Assembly (NCBI GenBank): GCA_017468205.1
Contig: JAFUJK010000013.1
Location: 2,020 to 66,019 of the forward strand
Length of the DNA: 64,000 nt
Direction: 5' to 3'
Origin: Clostridia bacterium
Lineage (GTDB): Bacteria > Bacillota > Clostridia > Christensenellales > UBA1242
Part shown: one piece after another, positions 54,601-62,660 of the stretch
Position numbering within the stretch: the first letter of the stretch is position 1
How the letters are laid out: the number at the start of each line of letters is the position of its first letter
The notes under the pieces: generated by a model
Told to the model about the DNA's origin: nothing
Database searches by the model: none
What the model saw: only the letters and a program-made list of their open reading frames with translations
Program-made: the position numbers and the translations under genes

Positions 54601-56049
54601 GTGAAAGTGGGAAATGATGAGGCGTTAAAAAAATTATTTTTAATCGAAAAGGAAATTAAAAGACGAAGGGAGAATAATAAACTTGCTGATTATAATACGA
54701 CAAAAATTCATAAGAAGCAAATGCAATTTCATAAGTGCAAAAAGCGTAACAAGTGGGTGTTCGGTGGGAACCGAAGCGGAAAAACACAATGCGGTGCCGT
54801 TGAAGCGGTCTGGCTAGCGCGCGGAATTCACCCCTTCCGCGAAAATAAAAAAAATTGTGATGGTTGGGTTGTAAGCTTAAGTCAACAGGTTCAGCGCGAT
54901 GTCGCACAAAGTAAAGTTTTATACTATCTCAATCCTGATTGGATTGTGGATATTGTGATGTTGAATGGGCGAAAAGACTCAGCTCAAAATGGGGTAATTG
55001 ATTATATTCTTATAAATAATGTTTTCGGTGGAGTAAGTAAAATTGGGTTTAAAACCTGTGACCAAGGGCGCGAGAAGTTTCAAGGGACAAGTTTAGATTG
55101 GGTTTGGTTTGATGAAGAGCCACCATTTGATATTTATCTTGAGTGTCGAATGCGTGTACTCGACCGTGAGGGTAGTATATTTGGAACGATGACTCCACTA
55201 AAAGGTTTGACGTGGGTTTATGACAAAATTTATTTAAATGAAGGGGGTGATGACGAAGTGTGGTGCATTGAAATGGAATGGGCGGACAACCCATATCTTT
55301 CAAAAGCTGAAATAGATTCGCTGACAAAAAGTTTAAGTGCTGATGAACTTGAAAGTCGTAGATTTGGTAAGTTTACCGCATCGGGTGGGCTGGTTTATAG
55401 CGAATTTGAACCGAATGTGCATATAATAGAGCCTTTTTCTGTGCCTCACGATTGGTATGATAACATCAGTATAGACCCGGGTTTACATAATCCGTTGAGT
55501 GCTCATTGGTATGCAGTGGATTTTGATGGCAATATTTATGTAATTGCCGAACACTATGAGGCTGGTCAGCCAATAGAATATCATGCTAACAAAATTATTG
55601 AAAAATGTCAAAATTTGGGCTGGCATACTGGTTTTGATGGGAAGTATGGCGCATTGATAGACTCTGCTGCAAATCAAAAAACTCTCGCATCTTCAAAAAG
55701 TGTCAGTGAACTTTTTTTGGAGTATGGTATAAATGTCAATCCAAATGTTAATAAAGATTTATTTTCAGGTATTTCGCGAGTAAAGAGTTATCTAAAAAAT
55801 GCAAAAGGTGAGGCAAGATTATTTATTTTTTCTACTTGTGTTAATATGATTCGCGAAATTAAGGGTTATTGGTGGGGAAAGGCTGATGCTCCAATAAAAA
55901 AGGACGACCACGCAATGGACGAATTGAGATATTACATAATGTCGCGCCCAGAAGCTCCATTGCAGACAGGCCCACCACTAACAATGATTCAAAAACATAA
56001 GTATAAATTAATTGCACAGCATAGGCGTTCGATAAATAGGAGGTTTTGA
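54601..56049 (+). CDS. terL: Phage terminase large subunit
   Basis: Walker A GGNRSGKTQCG, Walker B LDWVWFDEEP, and a C-terminal nuclease region with DDHAMDELRY. Confidence 0.88.
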   Translation: MKVGNDEALKKLFLIEKEIKRRRENNKLADYNTTKIHKKQMQFHKCKKRNKWVFGGNRSGKTQCGAVEAVWLARGIHPFRENKKNCDGWVVSLSQQVQRDVAQSKVLYYLNPDWIVDIVMLNGRKDSAQNGVIDYILINNVFGGVSKIGFKTCDQGREKFQGTSLDWVWFDEEPPFDIYLECRMRVLDREGSIFGTMTPLKGLTWVYDKIYLNEGGDDEVWCIEMEWADNPYLSKAEIDSLTKSLSADELESRRFGKFTASGGLVYSEFEPNVHIIEPFSVPHDWYDNISIDPGLHNPLSAHWYAVDFDGNIYVIAEHYEAGQPIEYHANKIIEKCQNLGWHTGFDGKYGALIDSAANQKTLASSKSVSELFLEYGINVNPNVNKDLFSGISRVKSYLKNAKGEARLFIFSTCVNMIREIKGYWWGKADAPIKKDDHAMDELRYYIMSRPEAPLQTGPPLTMIQKHKYKLIAQHRRSINRRF

Positions 56050-56339
56050 TGGAAGATAAGGAAAGTGAAAAACTTGCAAAATCACTTCTAAAAAAAGCAA
56101 TGGGGTATACCGTTGACGAAGTTGTTGAGGAATATGTGAGCGATGAAAATGAAATGAAATTAGTCAAAAAAAAGGTTACAACAAAGCATATCCCACCTGA
56201 TATAAATGCAGCACGCGCGCTTCTTGAAAAATGCTTGGATAATGATATGGACCATTTGCGAGATTTGAGCGATGCAGAACTGGACGAGTTGAGAAATAAA
56301 GTGTTAGAAGAAATAAAGTTAAAAGGAGGTGTAAAATGA
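56049..56339 (+). CDS. Small phage protein resembling the C-terminal part of Firmicute-phage small terminase subunits
   Basis: LLKKAMGYTVDEVVEEY...KKKVTTKHIPPDINAARALLEK matches a motif (..TKHVPPD..A...L) that I recall from TerS proteins. TGATG overlap with terL. Confidence 0.4.
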   Translation: MEDKESEKLAKSLLKKAMGYTVDEVVEEYVSDENEMKLVKKKVTTKHIPPDINAARALLEKCLDNDMDHLRDLSDAELDELRNKVLEEIKLKGGVK

Positions 56340-56530
56340 TAGTTAGCAGTGCAAATCGTCGAGCAAAATGTTCTGGCAACACAATGTGTACTAACAGAGT
56401 TTGCTTTAATCTGCGGTTTAGTAAATCTAGTATATATTTGTGCGAAAAATGCGCTCGCGAACTATACGAAAGTTTAGGGAAAAATCTAGTGCCTAGGTCG
56501 ATAAAAAACAAATTTAATTTTGAAAAGTAG
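56336..56530 (+). CDS. Small Cys-rich (zinc-ribbon-like) phage protein
   Basis: 64 aa. CSGNTMCTNRVC ... CEKC. ATGA overlap with the upstream gene. Confidence 0.45.
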   Translation: MIVSSANRRAKCSGNTMCTNRVCFNLRFSKSSIYLCEKCARELYESLGKNLVPRSIKNKFNFEK

Positions 56531-56548
56531 TAAAAGAGAGGAATTTTT

Positions 56549-58468
56549 ATGCAAAAAAACGCAAAAAACGTGTCAAAATCGAAAGAAACGCACGAAAAAG
56601 AATTAGTAAGTGAAGTTCGTGCTGATTTTGAGCGCCGTCAAGAAGAGCGAAAAGCATTTGATGCGCAGTGGCAACTTAATCTGAATTTTGTTATGGGAAA
56701 TCAGTATTGCGGTATCGGAGCAAATGATACGCTTGACGATTTTGACAAGCAATATTTTTGGCAGGAACGCGAAGTGTACAATCACGTTGCGCCTATTGTT
56801 GAAACGCGCCTTTCAAAACTTGCGAAAGTGCGCCCATCAATGACAGTTTTGCCTGCTAGTAGTGATGAAGATGATGTGAGTAATGCTCACGTTTGTAAAA
56901 ATATTTTGCAATCAGTTTCAACAAAACTTAATTTAAGTCAGTTGATAGCACAGGCGACATATTGGAGTGAAATCTGCGGAACTGCATTTTACAAAGTGAT
57001 TTGGAATGATGATGCTGGTTCGCTACTCGGTCTTACGACTGTCGGTGAACGAATTTATGAGGGTGATGTTAATGTGTTAGTGTGTTCGCCTTTTGAAATT
57101 TATCCCGATAGCAACTCGTGTGAGTCAATTGAAAATTGCCGTAGTTTAATTCACGCTCGTGCTTATCATGTTGATGCTATTAAAAAGCATTGGGGAGTTG
57201 ATGTAAAGGGTGAAGATATTGATACATATAACCTATCTAACTCGCAAGTGGCTGGTGGTTTGGGATATAGCACTCGTTCCGCTAAAATGACTAAAATGAC
57301 CAAACACAATCAAGCGATGGTAATTGAACGTTACGAAATGCCAAATAGTGAATTTCCTGATGGAAGACTTGTGATTATTGCAGGCAACAAATTACTTTAT
57401 GAAGGAATTTTGCCTTATCAAAATATGCAAAGCGGTGAGCGTGGATTGCCTTTTATTCGTCAAATCAGTGTTGGACAGCCTTCACTTTTTTGGGGTACTA
57501 GCATTGTCGAACGCACAATCCCCGTTCAACGTGCATACAACGCAATTAAAAATCGTAAACACGAATTTATAAATAGATTATGTATGGGTGTTATGACTGT
57601 TGAGGACGGGTCCGTTGATGTTGATAATCTTGAAGATGAGGGGCTAAGCCCGGGTAAAGTGTTGATATATCGTCAAGGTTCTCGCGCTCCGCAACTGCTT
57701 TCTTCGGCTAGTTTGCCAGTGGATTTTCGAGATGAAGAGGAACGCTTGTTAAATGAATTTTTGAATGTTAGCGGTGTTAGTGATTTGTTCGGTTCTAATG
57801 CTTCTGCGATATCAAATATGAGTGGTGTCGCGCTTCAAATTTTGCTTGAACAAGAAGATATGCGTGTTTCTGCTAGTGGTGAATTTATAAAACACTCAAT
57901 AAAGGAAATTGGTAGACAAATTTTAAGAATGTATAAGCAGTTTGCTAAAACGCAACGTATGAACAAACTTGTCGGTGCCAATGGGGATAGTCAACTTTTC
58001 TACTGGGATAACAGGTCAATTACTTCAGATGATGTTATTTTTGAAACAGAAGCAGAGCTTGGCGAAACGGTCGCTCAAAAACGTTCAATGGTGTTCGACT
58101 TACTGAATGCTGGCCTTCTTCATGATGAAAATGGCAAACTTTCCAACGCAATGCGTCTAAAAGTTTTGGAATTGCTTGGTTTTGGTATTTGGGAAGATGC
58201 GCTTGATAATAATAGTTTGCAAATTGAGAAAGCGCGTCGAGAAAATATTGATTTTGTTGAGGGTAAAGAACCCGAGGTCATCGAAATTCACGACCACGAT
58301 TTACATATTTCAGCGCATATCGCATTTATGTTAAGTGGTGATTTTGATAAAAATGATAAAAGCGGAAAATTGCGTGAAAAGATGCTAAAACACATTAGAA
58401 CACATAAACAATTCAAACGAATTACACAATTGGCAGAACAGGGGGCAATGCCTATTGAACAATCATAA
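56549..58468 (+). CDS. Phage portal protein
   Basis: 639 aa, positioned after terL and before the scaffold and capsid genes. The acidic, helical sequence is typical of portals. Confidence 0.75.
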   Translation: MQKNAKNVSKSKETHEKELVSEVRADFERRQEERKAFDAQWQLNLNFVMGNQYCGIGANDTLDDFDKQYFWQEREVYNHVAPIVETRLSKLAKVRPSMTVLPASSDEDDVSNAHVCKNILQSVSTKLNLSQLIAQATYWSEICGTAFYKVIWNDDAGSLLGLTTVGERIYEGDVNVLVCSPFEIYPDSNSCESIENCRSLIHARAYHVDAIKKHWGVDVKGEDIDTYNLSNSQVAGGLGYSTRSAKMTKMTKHNQAMVIERYEMPNSEFPDGRLVIIAGNKLLYEGILPYQNMQSGERGLPFIRQISVGQPSLFWGTSIVERTIPVQRAYNAIKNRKHEFINRLCMGVMTVEDGSVDVDNLEDEGLSPGKVLIYRQGSRAPQLLSSASLPVDFRDEEERLLNEFLNVSGVSDLFGSNASAISNMSGVALQILLEQEDMRVSASGEFIKHSIKEIGRQILRMYKQFAKTQRMNKLVGANGDSQLFYWDNRSITSDDVIFETEAELGETVAQKRSMVFDLLNAGLLHDENGKLSNAMRLKVLELLGFGIWEDALDNNSLQIEKARRENIDFVEGKEPEVIEIHDHDLHISAHIAFMLSGDFDKNDKSGKLREKMLKHIRTHKQFKRITQLAEQGAMPIEQS

Positions 58469-58511
58469 CCTATAAGTTTTTTCGTCAACAAACTAATAAG
58501 GAGATAAGAAA

Positions 58512-59318
58512 ATGGAAGAAAAATTACCTTTTGAATTACCTACATTCGATAATGTTAAAGAGGATAACATCGATTTAGGTACATTTAAATCTGTAAAAAC
58601 CCTAAAAGAAGCATATGACAGTTTGCGCTCGTGTTTTACTAAAAATGCTATGGAATTGGCTGAAATTAAGAAAAATATGACTCAAAACGAGAGTTTAGAA
58701 CAAAATAGCGAAAAACAGGAAGAATTATGCGTAAAATCAGATAAAGACTGCGTAAAATCAATAAAAACAAGTGAAAATGATGCAAAAAATGATGATTTTA
58801 ATGCTTTTAAAGCCGATATTTTAGAAAATAATGAGGAAGAGTCCGCGGAAAAATTGACGTCAGACAAGGCTTTTGTAGCCCCTGACAATTCGGATAAGGT
58901 GCAAGCCCCCGAGCAAAAAGTGGGTTTTTGGGACAATGCGGAATGGTCGCAAAAGGTAGAAAAATTTTTTATAGATAATCCGTCAGCGCAAAAATATTCT
59001 AATGAAATCGCAAAAGAATTAATGCAAGATAAGGAAATGCTTTCAAGTGTTGACCCCTTGCTACAAGCTTGGGCGAGAGTTCTAGAAAAAAGTTCAAAAA
59101 ACATTGATTTAAGTGACGAATTTATTGAAAAAAATATCATTTCTAACCCTAAAATCAAAAATCTTATCATTCAAAATTATTTGAGTGAGTTAAAAACTTA
59201 TAGGTCCGCACCGTCAGTAATTGCTAGCGTTCAGGGAAGCGCAAACCGCGCAAGTCCGCGAAAAAATGTCGCTGATATGGCGCAAGCAAAGGAGCTGGCT
59301 AAAAAACTTTTTCAATAG
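58512..59318 (+). CDS. Phage scaffolding protein (putative)
   Basis: 268 aa, acidic, low-complexity and helical, lying directly between the portal and capsid genes. Confidence 0.55.
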   Translation: MEEKLPFELPTFDNVKEDNIDLGTFKSVKTLKEAYDSLRSCFTKNAMELAEIKKNMTQNESLEQNSEKQEELCVKSDKDCVKSIKTSENDAKNDDFNAFKADILENNEEESAEKLTSDKAFVAPDNSDKVQAPEQKVGFWDNAEWSQKVEKFFIDNPSAQKYSNEIAKELMQDKEMLSSVDPLLQAWARVLEKSSKNIDLSDEFIEKNIISNPKIKNLIIQNYLSELKTYRSAPSVIASVQGSANRASPRKNVADMAQAKELAKKLFQ

Positions 59319-59327
59319 GAGATAAAA

Positions 59328-60503
59328 ATGATTACTTTACAAACTGCTCAAAATGCTTTAAAGACAGTTTATCTTGAAGCAATTAGCAATCAACTTAACA
59401 ACAAAATTGACCCAGTTTTTAGTATGATTAAGCAAAGTAGCACTGATGTATATGGTAGAAATATTATAAAATTGGTGCCATTTGGGCTTAATGGTGGAAT
59501 TGGGGCTGGTACGGAAGATGGGCTTCTTCCTGAAAGTTGCGATAGTCGTTATGTAAATTTTAGCACAACATTAAAAAACCTTTATGGTACAATTGAAATT
59601 TCTGATAAAGCGATTCGTGCGTCAACTAATGACGAAGGCGCTTTTGTAAATTTGCTAACAGCAGAAATGGACGGCTTGTTGCAATCGAGTAAGTTCAATA
59701 TTAGTCGTATGTTTTATGGTGATGGTTCAGGTGAAATAGGTGGAACTATTACTGCTGTCGACACTTCTAACAAAACTATAAAAGTTACAAATGCAACAGG
59801 TTTTATGGAAGGAATGCTTCTTGATTTTTATTTAAGTGATGTGCTTGATGCGGGTATGCAAGGCGTTGAAGTTTTGCGCGTAGATAGGGCAAATGGAATT
59901 GTTTATTTAAGTGCAGTTTCTTCGTCTTTGACATCAAGCAGTATGGGGAACTATACTATCTGTGTACAAGGCAGTAAGGATAAAGAAATAACAGGACTTG
60001 GTGCAATTTTTGGTGAAAGCGAAACTTTATATGGTTTGAATAGGGCAGAATATGCTAGCCTTATGCCGTATAAATATGCAAAAAAATCTTCTGAAACTCT
60101 TGACGAAATGTTCATTCAAAAGATGATGGATAATATCGAAAACAAATCTAACTATCAACCAAATGTGATTTTGTGTGGTGGTGATATGATTTATACAGTT
60201 ATGGGTTTGCTCGCTGGTTACACTAAAAATCTTGATACTACACACCTAAATGGCGGTTTTACAAGCGTTTCTTTCTGTGGTGTGCCACTATTACGCAATA
60301 GATTTGAAACAACGAACAATTTTATTATGTTGAATACAAATGAATTTACCTTGCATCAACTTTGTGATTGGGAATGGCTTACGCATAGCGATGGTTCTAT
60401 TCTTAAACAAAAAGAAGGTTATGCAACTTATTCAGCAACTTTGGTTAAATATGCAGATTTGGTATGTAATAGACCAAACGCGCAAGGAATTATAACGGTT
60501 TAG
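59328..60503 (+). CDS. Phage major capsid protein (paralog 1)
   Basis: 391 aa, positioned after the scaffold gene. Clear paralog of the next gene: shared VYLEAISNQLN, GINGGIGAGTE, LKNLYGTIEISDKA, LHQLCDW.WLT, ATLVKY.DL.C.RP. Confidence 0.7.
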   Translation: MITLQTAQNALKTVYLEAISNQLNNKIDPVFSMIKQSSTDVYGRNIIKLVPFGLNGGIGAGTEDGLLPESCDSRYVNFSTTLKNLYGTIEISDKAIRASTNDEGAFVNLLTAEMDGLLQSSKFNISRMFYGDGSGEIGGTITAVDTSNKTIKVTNATGFMEGMLLDFYLSDVLDAGMQGVEVLRVDRANGIVYLSAVSSSLTSSSMGNYTICVQGSKDKEITGLGAIFGESETLYGLNRAEYASLMPYKYAKKSSETLDEMFIQKMMDNIENKSNYQPNVILCGGDMIYTVMGLLAGYTKNLDTTHLNGGFTSVSFCGVPLLRNRFETTNNFIMLNTNEFTLHQLCDWEWLTHSDGSILKQKEGYATYSATLVKYADLVCNRPNAQGIITV

Positions 60504-60522
60504 GAAAGGAGGAAATAGGATT

Positions 60523-61689
60523 ATGATTTCATTGTCAACGGCTGATAGCGCTTTGAAAAATGTATATTTAGAGGCTATTAGCAATCAATTAAACAAAAAT
60601 ATTGACCCATTTTTTGCAAAAATTGGGGCAACCTCGCAAGATGTTGCAGGAAATGAAGTAAAAAAACTAGTTTCTCTCGGCATTAATGGTGGTATTGGCG
60701 CTGGTACTGAAATTGGCGCTTTGCCAACATCTCGCGAAAACAATTATGTTAGTCTTACTTCAAAACTTAAAAATTTATATGGTACAATCGAAATTTCAGA
60801 CAAGGCTCTTCGTGCAAGTCGTGATGAGGCTGGTGCATTCCTGAATTTATTGAATGCGGAAATGGAGAATTTGATTGAATCTAGTAAATTTAATCTTCGC
60901 CGTATGGTATATGGCTATGGAAACGGCTTTATTGGAAAAATTAGCGAAGGAGTGGTTGGTTCAAAAGAGTATTTTGTATATAATGCAGGACCTTTTGTTG
61001 TTGGAATGCGTTTAAGAGGTAGATTATACGATGAAAATATCGACTTTTTGAACAATGCGACTGTAATTGATGTAAATTACGAGACTAACATTATTACACT
61101 TGATGTTGAATTTCCAGAAGAATATGACGGTGAAGCTGATTTTGAGTTGTATTTGTATGATAGTGCGGAGGGATATGAACCACTTGGCATTAGAGGGCTT
61201 TGTGATTCTGATATAACAAATGTTTATGGTATTGACCGTACAACTACATCTGCATTTACGCCTGCAACTGCAAAAGCGGATTATACAATTCCAACATTAA
61301 TGAAAATTATCGATGATACTCGAATTAACACAAATTCTGAAACAGATTTTATACTTTGTAGTTACTTCTTCCGTCGTCAAATTCAAAACTTGTTAAAAGC
61401 ACAAAGTATGAATACTGACATTTTGGATTTGGAAGGCGGGTTTAAATCAATTAGTTTTGCTGGTATTCCTGTTGTCGCAAGCCGTTTTGTTGATGAAAAA
61501 TATGGCTTTTTCGTTGATTCGTCAGTTTGGCACTTGCATCAGCTATGCGATTGGACTTGGTTGACTAACAATAAGGGCGAGGTCCTACATCAGCGTGAGG
61601 GGTATCCTACACACCTTGCAACTTTGGTTAAGTATTGCGACTTAATTTGCGATAGACCTACAACAATAACACAAGCAGTTTGGAGTTAA
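60523..61689 (+). CDS. Phage capsid protein paralog 2 (second major capsid or vertex/penton protein)
   Basis: 388 aa. The N- and C-terminal thirds align with paralog 1; the central ~130 aa are divergent. Confidence 0.7.
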   Translation: MISLSTADSALKNVYLEAISNQLNKNIDPFFAKIGATSQDVAGNEVKKLVSLGINGGIGAGTEIGALPTSRENNYVSLTSKLKNLYGTIEISDKALRASRDEAGAFLNLLNAEMENLIESSKFNLRRMVYGYGNGFIGKISEGVVGSKEYFVYNAGPFVVGMRLRGRLYDENIDFLNNATVIDVNYETNIITLDVEFPEEYDGEADFELYLYDSAEGYEPLGIRGLCDSDITNVYGIDRTTTSAFTPATAKADYTIPTLMKIIDDTRINTNSETDFILCSYFFRRQIQNLLKAQSMNTDILDLEGGFKSISFAGIPVVASRFVDEKYGFFVDSSVWHLHQLCDWTWLTNNKGEVLHQREGYPTHLATLVKYCDLICDRPTTITQAVWS

Positions 61690-61694
61690 TAATT

Positions 61695-62075
61695 ATGGCA
61701 TTAATCAAAATTAGTAACGATGCTTTTAATATTGCTGAACGCATAAAAGCATTAAATCCGCATTATTTTATCGTTTTTAACACTAAAAAACAGCTTTTTG
61801 AAGTGCATAATGCAAAACAACATTCAAATACTTTTTGCATAACTTGCGAAAATGGTTTGAATTTTAATGTTATTAATAAGTTAAGAAAAACTCGCATAGA
61901 GAATATAGAAAAACTTATAAAAGAAATTGAGATTAATAATCAATTGATTGAGCGTGAAGCAAGTGAACAAGTGAAAGATGTTGCTCAATATAAAGCTCGT
62001 GAAATGTTTGATTATGCAAAACATAGAGTCGAAGATTGTAATTTCGATGATAGTTATTCTACCAAATGGGTTTAA
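61695..62075 (+). CDS. Phage hypothetical protein
   Basis: 126 aa ORF with a GGAG SD, in the structural operon. Confidence 0.5.
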   Translation: MALIKISNDAFNIAERIKALNPHYFIVFNTKKQLFEVHNAKQHSNTFCITCENGLNFNVINKLRKTRIENIEKLIKEIEINNQLIEREASEQVKDVAQYKAREMFDYAKHRVEDCNFDDSYSTKWV

Positions 62076-62090
62076 AAGGAGAATTCGCAA

Positions 62091-62660
62091 ATGACCGTTG
62101 CGGAAGTATTAAAATTGGCTGTTTTGTATATGGGGGAGCCTGATTTGGAAAAAACGACAACATTGGGCGGTACGGAAACCCCAAGCGAACAGCAAACGGA
62201 AAAATTAAATCGTCTACTAACATGTGTAAATGATACTGTCCAAACGCTCGCATTAATGTATTTTCCGTTAAAAAAAGAAGAAAGCGTTGAAAATCCTTCT
62301 GGTCAAGTCAATTTCTCAAATCTTACACGAAAAGTGTGCGATATTGTAAAAATTATTGATAAACACGGTTTTGATGCTGATTTTACATCATTTCCTACAT
62401 ATTTTGAGACAATTAAAGGTAAATTGCGAGTTATTTATAACTTTATTCCTGAATATGTATATAATTTTACTGACTCAATTGAGATTGCAATGGATAAGGT
62501 AAATTTGCGTCTAGTTGCTCTTGGAGTGGTAAGTCGTTATTTTCTAATTTCGGGAATGTACACTGATGCGCAAGCGTGGGAAAATATGTTTGAACGCGCT
62601 ATTCTTGTTGCACAAGGTACCAGAAAATCTAAAACAATAAAGAAAAGAAGGTGGTTATAG
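62091..62660 (+). CDS. Phage hypothetical protein (head completion/connector position)
   Basis: 189 aa with an AAGGAG SD. Function is suggested by position only. Confidence 0.5.
   Translation: MTVAEVLKLAVLYMGEPDLEKTTTLGGTETPSEQQTEKLNRLLTCVNDTVQTLALMYFPLKKEESVENPSGQVNFSNLTRKVCDIVKIIDKHGFDADFTSFPTYFETIKGKLRVIYNFIPEYVYNFTDSIEIAMDKVNLRLVALGVVSRYFLISGMYTDAQAWENMFERAILVAQGTRKSKTIKKRRWL

Noticed and set aside
58682-59170. 162 aa antisense ORF in the scaffold gene
   Set aside because: Its Ser/Phe/Leu-rich composition mirrors the acidic K/E-rich scaffold coding strand, and it has no RBS.
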